A stretch of DNA of 64,000 nt from Acidobacteriota bacterium (GCA_963663035.1 OY760074.1:3168001-3232000); one strand, 5' to 3'. Shown: positions 20,179 to 30,418, numbered from the stretch's first letter. Translations and numbers: made by a program. The notes: generated from the sequence alone by a model not told the origin.

Positions 20179-21945
20179 CTAACTGCCTGGTATATCCAGG
20201 ACTGCCCTATAACCGCGGGTGGGGTACCAGTATTCGATCTTCTGGTTGGGATCCGGGTTGGGATTGGTATAGACAAACTCGCCGCCGATCATGGTTCTCA
20301 TGACGGGGATATCTTTAATCTCTAAAGGCGCTACGGTGAGAAGGTCCCGTCCCAGCACCACCAGATCGGCCAGCTTCCCGGGTTCGATCGAACCCTTCAG
20401 GTCCTCCTCAAAAGTCGAGTAGGCGGGCGCGATGGTGACGGCACGAATGGCTTCTTCCAGGGTAATTCGCTCCTCGGGATTGATCACCTTCCCTGATCTC
20501 CTGAGACGGTTGACCGACTCAAAAATAGTGAACATGGGCCCAATGGGATTCTGGTCCGATCCGGTCATGACGGTAATCCCATGGTCCAGATAGGTCCTCA
20601 GGGGAGTGGGTCCATAGGCTGGGCGGTCGGGATCGGCGTTTTGCTCCTCGTAGTCGTCGCTCATTTGGTAGATGGCCCCGGTCTGAGGTTCGACGATGAC
20701 ATCATAGCGCTTGAGCACTTCCAGGGTCTTGTCGGTGGGAAATCTGGCGTGGGTGATGACGTGCCGTACATCCTGGCGTGGAAACTCACTGTAGGCCTCT
20801 TCCAGACCTTCCATGGCCAGATCATAAGATTCTCCGCCGCCCACGTGGATGTACAGCTGCCAACCGGCTCGATGCACAGCCTTGATGACCGTCTTCACGT
20901 CTTCCCGAGGAACCTGGTAGTTGCTTCTCGAATCGTAAATGGAAATCTTGATCTGCCCGAAGCGCAGCCTCTCAGTTCCAAACCCGGGATCAATGAGCAG
21001 GTTGTCCATCCAATCCAGGATCTCATCCAGGGGCCAATAAAGAATCGGCAGACGCATAATGCAGTTGATTCGAACACTCAATTCACCCTGCGTGTTGAGG
21101 CGTTGATAGGCCTGCACCCAGGTCTGATTGTCCCTCACGCTGGACATGTTGGTATTGGGATCCCCCACCGTGGTGATTCCATAGGGGATCACCAACCCGG
21201 CGGCGCGTTTGCTCGTCTCGGTCAGGGTCTGGGTACTGTGCCGAACCAGGACACTGTGGGGAAGCGAAGATGCACCGCGCCCGATAAAGACCCCGGTGGG
21301 CTCTCCAGAAGCATCCTTGATGATTTCACCGATCAGGTTCTTGGTAGAAGGCTGGGGCGTGCGGCGGGTGATCCCGGCTTTCTGCAAAGCCAGGCTGTTG
21401 GCTGAAGAGTTGGCACCTGACCCGCCGAACTCGAGTAAAACCGGGTGCTGGGGAGAAATGGGATCCAGATCCTTCCGATTGGGATAGCGGCCCTCCTCAA
21501 GACTATTGGGAGAGCCCGGACCCAGGAAGAACCAGACCATCTCCCCAGGTGGAGTCTGCTCTATTTTCTCCTGGACCACGGCCAGAATCTCGGTGATCGA
21601 TTGGGAGGTTCGAAATTTCTCGGTCAGTTCGTCCGCCACAAACCCAAGGCTGTGAGCAAAGTGTTCATGGGGGTCGTTGAATCCGGGTAAAACAGTCCTG
21701 CCCTCCAGATCAACCATCTCCGTGCTATCCCCGGCCAGGCTTCTGACACTGTTATTGGTCCCCACCGCCACGAATCTTCCATCTTTAATGGCCACTGCCT
21801 CGGCGATGGAAAAGTCCTGGTCGACGGTGACAATCTTGCCATTGAAAAGGATGGTATCGGGACGCAAGCTCTCCAGATCGGCCCCGCAACTGGTCAGGAG
21901 CCCGAACAACACAAGCCCTAATACGTTCCTTTTTCTCGACCTCAC
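20179..21945 (-). CDS. Amidohydro_3 lipoprotein, paralogue 2
   Basis: Lipobox LTSC, PGFNDPHEH, GSD, KGSIEPGKLAD; very similar to paralogue 1. Confidence 0.85.
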   Translation of the reverse strand: MRSRKRNVLGLVLFGLLTSCGADLESLRPDTILFNGKIVTVDQDFSIAEAVAIKDGRFVAVGTNNSVRSLAGDSTEMVDLEGRTVLPGFNDPHEHFAHSLGFVADELTEKFRTSQSITEILAVVQEKIEQTPPGEMVWFFLGPGSPNSLEEGRYPNRKDLDPISPQHPVLLEFGGSGANSSANSLALQKAGITRRTPQPSTKNLIGEIIKDASGEPTGVFIGRGASSLPHSVLVRHSTQTLTETSKRAAGLVIPYGITTVGDPNTNMSSVRDNQTWVQAYQRLNTQGELSVRINCIMRLPILYWPLDEILDWMDNLLIDPGFGTERLRFGQIKISIYDSRSNYQVPREDVKTVIKAVHRAGWQLYIHVGGGESYDLAMEGLEEAYSEFPRQDVRHVITHARFPTDKTLEVLKRYDVIVEPQTGAIYQMSDDYEEQNADPDRPAYGPTPLRTYLDHGITVMTGSDQNPIGPMFTIFESVNRLRRSGKVINPEERITLEEAIRAVTIAPAYSTFEEDLKGSIEPGKLADLVVLGRDLLTVAPLEIKDIPVMRTMIGGEFVYTNPNPDPNQKIEYWYPTRGYRAVLDIPGS

Positions 21946-23729
21946 TGTGAGCCCTCGCCAGCAGGCACATCCATGCTCACAAAGCGAGATCGTCCGGGCT
22001 GCCAGTATAGAACCTCCTGGTTGGGATCCTGATCGGGATTGATATAGACGAACTCTCCATCGATCATGGTTCTCAAAATCGGTATGTCCTTGATCTCCAT
22101 GGAAGGCACCGTCAAGATGTCCTTTCCCAGAACGATCAGATCGGCTAGTTTACCCGGCTCGATGGAGCCCTTGATATCCTCCTGAAAGGTGGAGTAAGCC
22201 GGGGTCAGGGTGACTGCCCGGATAGCCTCTTCCACCGTAATTCCCTCCTCGGGCACGATCGGTTTTCCGGATCGGCGCACCCGATTGACAGCCTCGAAAA
22301 CGTGAAACATGGGTCCCACCGGCTGCTGGTCTGAACTGATCATGAGCTTTACACCCCGGTCCAGATAGGTCCGCAAGGGCAGAGGCCCATAGGCTGGTCG
22401 ATCTGGATCCTGAAATGTTTCCTCGGCATCATCCGCATAATTGTAGAGCGATCCCGGCTGGGGATCGACCATAATCCCGCGCCGCACCAGAATCTCCAGG
22501 TTCTCTTCCGTAGGGTTGCGAGCATGGGTGATCAGGTGGCGCTGGGGACCTTCGGGGTAGTCCTGGTACGCTTCGTCGATCGCTTCCAAAGCCACGTCGA
22601 AGGCTTCTCCTCCACCCACATGAACCATCAGCTGCCAACCCGCCCGGTGGATGGCTCGAACGACTTCCTTGACATCATCAGGAACCAGTTTGTACTTCCC
22701 ACCGCTGGAATTGACCACGATCTTGACTTGGCGCATGACCAGAAAGTCGTCCCCAAAACCAGGTGAGTAGGGAAACTGGTTCAAATAGTTCACACATTCC
22801 TGAACCGGGTTCGTCAAGAGCGGAATACGGGGCATGCAATTGACTCGAACGGGGAGCTTCCCTTGGGCAGCAAGCTGTTGATAGGCGCGAATGAAGGGAA
22901 TATTGTCGTTGCTGCTGGAAACCATCGAGTTGGGATCCCCGACAGTGGTAATTCCGTATTTGATTATCTGCTCAGAGGCCCGCAAAATATTCTCCGCCTG
23001 CACCTCGGCTGGATAGAGTTGTAGATTGCCACGAATCAGCGCCTGCCCTGCCCACCCTAAGAACACCCCGGTCGGTTCCCCGGTCCCTGGGTCTTTGACA
23101 ATCTCTCCAAAAAGGCCCATTTCGTAAGGTTGGGGTGTGTTGCGGGTGATCCCGAGGTCTCGCAGCAACTTGGTGTTTACGACCGCGCTGCTGCCCGAGC
23201 CCAAAGAAAGGAGTATGGGACGATCCCGCGAAACCTTGTCCAGATCAAAGCGATTGGGCCGGCGCTTCTCTTCCAGCTGGGAGGGAGAGGGTCCAAAGTC
23301 AAACCATAAGATCTCCTCGGGACCCAGCGTCTCCATTTTCTCTCGCAGCAAATCCAGGACCTCCTCAATGCTGCTTGCACTGCCTAGCCTGGCTTGAAGG
23401 GGATCCGCTTTCTTACCCCAGTTCAGCGTCACATGTCCATGGCCATCGTTAAAACCAGGCAGGACCGTTTTCCCGTCAAGGTCAATGACCTCTGTCTCTC
23501 GACCCGCCAGTGCTCGGATTTCCGAGTCGCTGCCCACCGCCACAAATTTCCCATCGCGGATGGCAACCGCCTCAGCAATGCTAAAGTCGGGATCCACGGT
23601 GACAATTTTGGCGTTCACCAATATCATCTGGGGAGACAGTGCATCCGGTACCGAACCCCCACAGGCCATAGCAAAAACGGTCAGGGAAACACCCAAAAGA
23701 AAAGATTGAATCGAATGATGGTTCATCAC
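21942..23729 (-). CDS. Amidohydro_3 lipoprotein, paralogue 3
   Basis: Lipobox AMAC, PGFNDGHGH, SSD, KGSIEPGKLAD. Confidence 0.85.
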   Translation of the reverse strand: MMNHHSIQSFLLGVSLTVFAMACGGSVPDALSPQMILVNAKIVTVDPDFSIAEAVAIRDGKFVAVGSDSEIRALAGRETEVIDLDGKTVLPGFNDGHGHVTLNWGKKADPLQARLGSASSIEEVLDLLREKMETLGPEEILWFDFGPSPSQLEEKRRPNRFDLDKVSRDRPILLSLGSGSSAVVNTKLLRDLGITRNTPQPYEMGLFGEIVKDPGTGEPTGVFLGWAGQALIRGNLQLYPAEVQAENILRASEQIIKYGITTVGDPNSMVSSSNDNIPFIRAYQQLAAQGKLPVRVNCMPRIPLLTNPVQECVNYLNQFPYSPGFGDDFLVMRQVKIVVNSSGGKYKLVPDDVKEVVRAIHRAGWQLMVHVGGGEAFDVALEAIDEAYQDYPEGPQRHLITHARNPTEENLEILVRRGIMVDPQPGSLYNYADDAEETFQDPDRPAYGPLPLRTYLDRGVKLMISSDQQPVGPMFHVFEAVNRVRRSGKPIVPEEGITVEEAIRAVTLTPAYSTFQEDIKGSIEPGKLADLIVLGKDILTVPSMEIKDIPILRTMIDGEFVYINPDQDPNQEVLYWQPGRSRFVSMDVPAGEGSQ

Positions 23730-23780
23730 TCACCTCACAGAATCATACTCTGCCTGGCCGGGAAGGCCACACAGCTCTAG

Positions 23781-23802
23781 CCGGGACTATGCATAATCCC
23801 GG
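23781..23802. repeat. Collapsed MITE family A footprint (fused TIRs)
   Basis: ctag-ccgggactatgcataatcccgg-ctaa. Confidence 0.75.
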
Positions 23803-23897
23803 CTAAGGTTTCAGTCTGAATACAGGTTGTGGTAATGCTGGCCCCGCTGGGGTTTGATGTCAAGGAAAATGTCAGTACTCTCTTTTGTGCCCATTGA

Positions 23898-24968
23898 TCA
23901 TGGCCCTTTGATCACGGAGGAATCGATCATCTGGCCCACCACTTCCCTCATCAACTTCTTTCTCTCCTGGTAAACGGGAGAGGGCCCGGAGAGATGAGAG
24001 TTCTTTGGATAGGGAAACTTTCCTGCCAAAGAAGAGTAGATTCTTGCCCACATCTCCGGGGTCGTATAGGGAAGGGTGAAGACTGCGCTTTTTGCCCGGT
24101 ACGCTCTCAGTTCCTGAACATTGATCATGGCCGCAGCGTAGGTGACATTGGTATTTGTGATTTCACACATGATCTGTCCCCGGTAATTGACGATCATCCC
24201 TCCTCCACTCACCGACCCAGTCATGGAGGGGTGATCATCGCTGAGATCCAGAAACTTGGGCCCGTTGGAGGGTGCAATGACATAGCAGCTGTTGTTCACG
24301 GCGTGAGCTCGATTCATGATCTCGTTGTACCCGTAACGCCGATGCAGCTCGAACTCACCGCCTCGGTAGATAATCTCGGCGCCGTTCATGGCCAGAGCTC
24401 AGCCCGCCTCAGGAAATTTGCCGTCAAAAGCCAACAACGTACCGATTCTCCCGATGGGAGTGTCGGCCACAGGAAAGAAAGCATCCACGTCATCGCCGAC
24501 CTTTTGGAGCCACTCATCATACACATCGTAAGGGGTAGTCGATCCTTCGGCGATGAAAACCCGGTGCTTTCGATAGCGATGAATAATCTTTCCAGAGGGA
24601 TCGATGATAAAGACGGTATTAAAATACCGGTCCGGGAACAGATCCGGTTCCACAACCTTGGCAGCAGCGATGATGTAGATTCCCCATTGCCTGGCCTTTT
24701 CCGCCAAAACATCCGTTTCCTCTCCGGGAAGGCGTAGCGCCACTTTGCGAACTATTTCGGTGTAGTCCATTCGGCTGTGCTCATCATAAAAGCCCGTGAT
24801 GGCTCCTTCAGGCACTGCCACCAGCTTGGCCGGGTATTCCATCTCAGCGACGTACATGCAACCATCGATTTGTGCACACAGGTTCTTGAGGTTCTTCTTG
24901 GCTTCCTTTCGATCGGCGCATCCGTATACCTTCGGTTGCAGGGCGAAGGCCATATAGGGCTCGCTCAT
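23898..24968 (-). pseudogene. Nitrilase-superfamily C-N hydrolase with Ala at the nucleophile position and an in-frame TGA at 24399-24401
   Basis: VPEGA and YRKH present; LLAFDG where the paralogue has MICYEG; PEAG-TGA-ALAMNGAE reads through in frame. Confidence 0.75.
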
Positions 24969-25117
24969 CGTCTCCTCCCTTCAAGAGATTTCATGGTATT
25001 CCTGGGACGAGACACTAGCAGTTGCCCCACGAACTTGACAGCCCATGCCGCGGGAATGTGAAATACTGCACTGTGGAAAATCAGGCATCACTTTAAAACC
25101 GATCAACAGGAGAAGCT

Positions 25118-25678
25118 ATGGCTCTACTTCCCCACCCAGACCTGGACGAACTCGAACCGGAGGCTCGGAAAGTCATTGATCAGTTCACAGCTGAACATGG
25201 GCGTCCCACTCCGCTGTACTCACTCATGGGACACTTCCCCCCTCTTCTGACAGTTGCCGCCTCTGCCTACAGTTCCTTGATGACCAAGGGGAAACTGGGC
25301 CGCAGATTCAAAGAGCTGTTGTTTGTGGCTACCTCCCAGGTTCGGGACTGCTTCTACTGAGTGGGAGGGCACTCCCGATTCCTCGTGAAGGAATACAAGA
25401 TGGATCAGGAGGATGTCAGGTTGCTTCGTGAGGGTAAGGAGGCTCCCGGCGCAGACGAGAAACTGCTGGCCCTCATCCGATTTGGCCGGAAGGTAGCCGC
25501 TGACCCCGCCCAGATCACTGACCAGGACATCCGAGAACTCAAGGAGCACGGGCTCGATAACAGCGAAATTGTGGAGGCCCTCTCGGTTGTGATGCTCTCG
25601 GCCCTCACCAACACCTTTGCCAGCGCCTTAAATATAGAGGAAGATGTAGAGTCCGCGGTGCGGCGAGAGTACTTCTAA
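25118..25678 (+). CDS. AhpD/CMD-like selenoprotein (CxxU)
   Basis: RBS aggaga; KELLFVATSQVRDCFY-TGA(25358-60)-VGGH continues in frame to TAA 25678 with an AhpD-like C-terminus. Confidence 0.85.
25378..25394 (+). other. Putative bacterial SECIS hairpin
   Basis: attcct-cgtga-aggaat stem-loop about 25 nt after the TGA, preceded by a gggag-ggca-ctccc hairpin. Confidence 0.45.
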
Positions 25679-25700
25679 AAGAGAAGGAAGGGAGAAACGA

Positions 25701-27143
25701 ATGCCGAATTGCACGGATTTACGCCTCTGGATCGAGCAGGCTGAAAAGCTGGGGGAGGTCCGCCACGTGGAAGGCGCCGATTGGGTCCACGAGATGGGTG
25801 CGATTACGGAACTGGCCAGCCAGATGGACCCCATGCCAGCCGTGCTGTTCGATAACATCAAGGGATACCCGGCCGGCTATCGTGTCATCACCAATACCCT
25901 GGCTTCGGTGAGGCGAGTGGCTCTCACCTTCGGGATGCCGACCGATCTGTCAAACCTTGACTTTGTTAAGGAATGGCGCAAAATGGCGGGCACCTTCAAA
26001 CCCATTCGCCCGGTAGAGGTGAAGTCGGGTCCGGTGCTCGAAAACGTCATGGAAGGAAAGGATGTCAATCTTCTTCAATTCCCCGCTCCCAAGTGGCACG
26101 AGCACGATGGGGGCCGTTACCTGGGGACCGGAGACATGGTCATCACCCGTGATCCTGACGAGGGTTGGGTCAATATCGGCACCTATCGGGTGATGATTCA
26201 GGACGAGCAGTCGGTAGGAGTCCATATCGCCCTGGCCCACCACGGAGCCATGCATATCCGTAAGGCGCTGGAGCGAAACGAGTCGATCAAGGTCGCCATC
26301 TCAGTCGGGCATCATCCCGCCTTCTTGAGCGTTGCCTCCATGGAGTTCCCCTACGGGTACTGCGAGTACGACTTCGTGGGCGCCTTACAAGGTGAGCCCA
26401 TTGAAGTGATTGAAGGCCCTTACTCGGGACTTCCGATTCCCGCCCACAGTGAAATCGTTTTGGAAGGGGAAATCCTTCCCGGCAAGGTGAAATACGAAGG
26501 TCCTTTCGGCGAGTGGACCGGTTATTATGCCAGTCCTCCCAAACCCGATCCTTTGATCCAAATCCACAGCGTACTGTACCGGAACGATCCGATTATCCTT
26601 GGAGCTCCGCCGGTGCGTCCACCGGCGGAGCACTCCGTTTATCGAGCCTTTACCCGCGCGGCGCGCATCTGGGATGCTCTGGAAGGGGCCGGTGTTCCAG
26701 GCGTGAAAGGCGTCTGGTGCCATCCGGCAGGCGGCTCCCGCATGCTCAACATCGTTTCCATCCAGCAGAAGTTCAGCGGCCACGCTCGGCAGGCAGGTCT
26801 GATCGCCGCTCAATGCCAGGCGGCCCTATACGCGAATCGCTACACCATCGTGGTGGACGAGGACATCGACCCCACCAACACCTTCCAGGTCTTGTGGGCC
26901 CTCTGTACCCGATCCGATCCTGAAACTTCAATCCAAATTATCACCCGCAGCATGAAAACCAGTGATGATCCCATCGGACCCGCAGACGGCTCGGGTGGCT
27001 TCAGCTCGCGCGCCGTGATTGAAGCCTGTAAGCCCTTTGAGACGATCAAGGACTTTCCATTGGTCAGCGGTCCCAGCCCGGAGCTAAGAGAGGAAATCTA
27101 CCGCAAGTTTGCTCACGTGTTCAAGGTTGGACCGGCTTCGTAG
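25701..27143 (+). CDS. UbiD-family prFMN-dependent decarboxylase
   Basis: DGGRYLGT, NIGTYR, EGPFGEWTGYY, VVDEDID. Confidence 0.92.
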   Translation: MPNCTDLRLWIEQAEKLGEVRHVEGADWVHEMGAITELASQMDPMPAVLFDNIKGYPAGYRVITNTLASVRRVALTFGMPTDLSNLDFVKEWRKMAGTFKPIRPVEVKSGPVLENVMEGKDVNLLQFPAPKWHEHDGGRYLGTGDMVITRDPDEGWVNIGTYRVMIQDEQSVGVHIALAHHGAMHIRKALERNESIKVAISVGHHPAFLSVASMEFPYGYCEYDFVGALQGEPIEVIEGPYSGLPIPAHSEIVLEGEILPGKVKYEGPFGEWTGYYASPPKPDPLIQIHSVLYRNDPIILGAPPVRPPAEHSVYRAFTRAARIWDALEGAGVPGVKGVWCHPAGGSRMLNIVSIQQKFSGHARQAGLIAAQCQAALYANRYTIVVDEDIDPTNTFQVLWALCTRSDPETSIQIITRSMKTSDDPIGPADGSGGFSSRAVIEACKPFETIKDFPLVSGPSPELREEIYRKFAHVFKVGPAS

Positions 27144-27598
27144 GTGCCTTCTGTGTCAGCTATCGGCAGGCCCGCAAAATCGAGGCTGATCACTCCCATT
27201 TGGCGAAGGAAATCCAAACGGTCATAGTAGTCGTGAACCTCGTACATCTGCTCTTCTCGAAAGTGAAGGAACTGCACCCAAGGGACCTCGAAGTGTTTGT
27301 TGGAAGGAGGGTTGCCCCGATACGTTCCAGTCTGGTCTCCCAGCAGTGCCCCTTCGGCTATGACCACATCTCCCTGTTGGTAAAATCGATCATAGCGGGA
27401 GCTGAAATTGGGAACGGCTTCCAGGACACGGATGTAGAATTCGCGCAACTCGTCCCGCCCTTCGAACACCTTGGGTATGGTTAGGTCATCGTAAAGAACA
27501 TCCTCGGTGTGAAGGTTCAGGAATTCCTCCAGGCCAAAGGGAGGTTCCCAGATCTTCTTGTACACTTCAAACCAAGTGTCCATATTGGTTGGGGCCAT
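27113..27598 (-). CDS. SnoaL-like / ester cyclase (NTF2 fold)
   Basis: FEGRDELREFY, GDQTGTYRGNPPSNK, DYYD..FLRQMG. Confidence 0.8.
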   Translation of the reverse strand: MAPTNMDTWFEVYKKIWEPPFGLEEFLNLHTEDVLYDDLTIPKVFEGRDELREFYIRVLEAVPNFSSRYDRFYQQGDVVIAEGALLGDQTGTYRGNPPSNKHFEVPWVQFLHFREEQMYEVHDYYDRLDFLRQMGVISLDFAGLPIADTEGTYEAGPTLNT

Positions 27599-27809
27599 CA
27601 CGCTTTTCTCCCGTTTTAATGTTCGTGTCCGGAATCGGTCTTTGTTTCGGGCCATACTCTATTCCCCTCCCTCCTCTAAGGTCAAGAAGGGATCGAGAAG
27701 GCCAGTTTAAAGAGCGGCTACCACTTGACACAGCAGGTGAGTCAGGCTTCAATTGTCCAATCATTGACTTGTCCAGTTTCAGCATTATCCTTCCCAACGA
27801 GGTGAAACC

Positions 27810-29660
27810 ATGCCAAGGTCACTTCTGTTTTTAAGACTACGAGCTTCGCTTATTCTTTTCCTGCTTCTTTTGCTGGCCCCAGCAGCGGCCAGTGGACAAG
27901 AAACATCAGATCTGCTGGAGAGGTTGGACGCCTATCCTGAGTTGATTGTCGTCAACGGGAAAATAGCAGTGATGGATGACCAGCTGACCACAGTTGAGGC
28001 CATGGCTGTCAGGGACAAAAGGATTCTCGTACTCGGGACCAGCAAAGAGATCAATGAGTTAAAGGGACCCGAAACGCTGGTGATTGACGCCAAGGGCAGG
28101 ACAGTCCTTCCGGGAATCATCGACAGCCACACTCACCCACACTTGTGGTTGTACAACCACTTTGGGAGTGATCCGGACTTCAACCCCGATCCTCAGCTCA
28201 AAGTCATTCCGGTTCTGGGTCTGCACGAGGATGACCTGGATGAGCTGACCAAAAGTGGGATTGCCGAGAAGATCGGTGCGGTGATTCGCAGAAGAGCAGC
28301 TGAGGTGGGACCTGATAAATGGGTGATTGTCAATGTCCCCATTAACGAGGAAGCCATTCAAGCGACCGCATCTCCAGTGATCCGGCAGCGAATGTTGAAC
28401 ACCGCTGATCTGGACAGGCTGGGACCCGACAATCCGGTGGTTTTGACGGGAAGCCTAACCTCTGGCATCTACAACAGCGAGGCCAAAAGGATTATCAGCG
28501 AGGCTATTGGACGCGACATCGATACCCTCAAACCCGTGGGCCTGCGAGTCTGGTATTACCTCGTTTACGACGTCATCCTGAAGAATAAGACTGAAATGGT
28601 CGCGGGAATGCTCAAGAAGGAGCTGGTAGAGAATGCATCCTTCGGTATCACCACGGTGCAAACTCACGTCGAGCCAATGGAAGTCCTCAAGGCCTTGAAC
28701 ATGATGGACAAAAGGGGGGAGATGCCCATTCGCTGGGCATGGATCCACCGAGCTGCCTATTCACTGGCCAAAGATCCGGCTGAGTTCTATTCTCTTCTCG
28801 GCGACTTCGGCGGCCAGGGGAGCGAGTACCTCTGGAACAGCGGGGTTGGGGAAGAAGGATGGGACACGAGTCCCTGCAGCCAGGCGGTACCAAAAGATCC
28901 GGCACTCCGAGAGCAATTGGAACAATTGGAGCAATGTCCAGGACACAAGCCCGGGACGGACCGGTACAATGCTCATCTGGCGGCTCTGAAGGCCGGATTA
29001 AGGCTGGCCGATGTCCATGCCACCATGGATGGAACCACCGATATTCTCTTTCAGATGTTTGACCAGTTGATGGAGGAGGACGGCTGGACCCTGGAGCAAA
29101 TCAGGGAGAAGCGACATTTCTTCGATCACCCCAGATTGATCCGGCCCGATCAGATTCCCAAGCTGGCCAAATACGGTCTCTGGATGAACATGCAGGCAAC
29201 AGGAATGGCTCGAGGCATCGCTGATTTTGTTGACGTGTATGGAGAGGAATACGTGAAATGGTTTACCCCCACCAAGAGTATGCTTGACGCCGGGGCAAGA
29301 TTTTCCCTGGCTACCGATGCCCACCTTGCTGAAGTGCCGAATGACTCTGAGCTTGCAGCATGGCCCTGGTATGGCTTCTGGCCACTTTTTGCCTTTTACG
29401 TCACACGCGAGTGGGACGGTCGGATATGGGGCCCGGAGGAAAAGTTGGACCGGATTTCCGGGCTGAGGGGCTGGACCACCTGGGCAGCTGAAGCCGTGCT
29501 TAGGGAGAATGAACTGGGGTCGCTGGAGAAAGGAAAGCTAGCCGATTTTATTATCATCGACAGAGACTATTTCACCATCCCGGAAATGGACATCAAGAAA
29601 ATTAACAACTTAATGACCGTGGTTGGCGGAAAGGTCATCTTCCGTAGTCCTGACTTTTAA
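27810..29660 (+). CDS. Secreted Amidohydro_3 family protein, divergent paralogue 4
   Basis: Signal peptide, PGIIDSHTH, ATD, GSLEKGKLADF. Confidence 0.85.
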   Translation: MPRSLLFLRLRASLILFLLLLLAPAAASGQETSDLLERLDAYPELIVVNGKIAVMDDQLTTVEAMAVRDKRILVLGTSKEINELKGPETLVIDAKGRTVLPGIIDSHTHPHLWLYNHFGSDPDFNPDPQLKVIPVLGLHEDDLDELTKSGIAEKIGAVIRRRAAEVGPDKWVIVNVPINEEAIQATASPVIRQRMLNTADLDRLGPDNPVVLTGSLTSGIYNSEAKRIISEAIGRDIDTLKPVGLRVWYYLVYDVILKNKTEMVAGMLKKELVENASFGITTVQTHVEPMEVLKALNMMDKRGEMPIRWAWIHRAAYSLAKDPAEFYSLLGDFGGQGSEYLWNSGVGEEGWDTSPCSQAVPKDPALREQLEQLEQCPGHKPGTDRYNAHLAALKAGLRLADVHATMDGTTDILFQMFDQLMEEDGWTLEQIREKRHFFDHPRLIRPDQIPKLAKYGLWMNMQATGMARGIADFVDVYGEEYVKWFTPTKSMLDAGARFSLATDAHLAEVPNDSELAAWPWYGFWPLFAFYVTREWDGRIWGPEEKLDRISGLRGWTTWAAEAVLRENELGSLEKGKLADFIIIDRDYFTIPEMDIKKINNLMTVVGGKVIFRSPDF

Positions 29661-29661
29661 G

Positions 29662-29835
29662 CCCGCATTTCTCACACCAGGTCGTGGCGAAGCGGCGGAA
29701 GGGACGACCTGACAAGGCGCGCGACAGAGGCCCCCGCAAACGTACTCTTGAGTACGTTGAGGAGGCCGACCGAACGCAACGCAGTCAGGTCGGATCATTG
29801 CGCCGATGCAGTAGAGCGGGTGTGAGAAGTGCGGG
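29662..29835. mobile_element. MITE family B (174 bp) between convergent stop codons
   Basis: TIR cccgcatttctcacacc / ggtgtgagaagtgcggg, flanked by taag / ctag; a similar end fragment follows CTAG at 5968. Confidence 0.7.
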
Positions 29836-30393
29836 CTAGTGCATAAAGAAGAAGCAGCTGATCAAAGGATAGAGTTCCGGACTGACGATGTGGATGACGG
29901 CTTCTGATTCCTGAAGAATTTCGACCGACTGGCCATTCAAGGCCTTCATCTCAATATTTTCCATGACAACGTTGAAGGGAGTCGGCTCGACCTCCTCGCC
30001 AGCCCGAAACACCAGAGAAGCAATCCCTTCCACTGATAGAGGTTCCTTTCCGTCTTCAGGCACGGCAATAGTCAGGTGAACCTTACCCGGTTCAATCTCC
30101 TCAACGACGACTTGTGCACCAACACTCTCAGCCTGATAGACCAGTTCCACCCTGACAAAGGCCAACTGTGGCGAAGGAAACGTCATGTCCATGGTGAGGC
30201 TGCCGATTTGCACCTGAGGTGAGACGGAGAGATGAATAGGCAACAGGAGATCCAGATCCGCAGTGCCCACAATGGCTGGGAAGGTAATCTGGTTCTGATG
30301 GACTTCTGATTCCGACGGCTCCTGAGAGGAAGCACTCGTCATCTGACCCATGAGGCAGATGAGAAGCACTCTCCAAACGCTCCAGCCCCTCAT
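29836..30393 (-). CDS. Secreted cohesin-like beta-sandwich protein ending PLISCFFFMH
   Basis: Signal peptide, alternating beta-strand pattern, distinctive C-terminus. Confidence 0.65.
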   Translation of the reverse strand: MRGWSVWRVLLICLMGQMTSASSQEPSESEVHQNQITFPAIVGTADLDLLLPIHLSVSPQVQIGSLTMDMTFPSPQLAFVRVELVYQAESVGAQVVVEEIEPGKVHLTIAVPEDGKEPLSVEGIASLVFRAGEEVEPTPFNVVMENIEMKALNGQSVEILQESEAVIHIVSPELYPLISCFFFMH

Positions 30394-30394
30394 G

Positions 30395-30418
30395 ACGAAG
30401 ACCTATGCATAATCCGGG
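30395..30418 (+). repeat. Right-end remnant of MITE family A
   Basis: acgaagacctatgcataatccggg followed by ctag. Confidence 0.7.

Noticed and set aside
18717-21405. Long antisense ORFs (279 and 274 aa) resembling each other
   Set aside because: Shadow ORFs of the duplicated amidohydrolase genes.
24399-24401. Selenocysteine at the nitrilase in-frame TGA
   Set aside because: It aligns with Arg (CGA) in the paralogue, not Cys, and I see no convincing SECIS hairpin.
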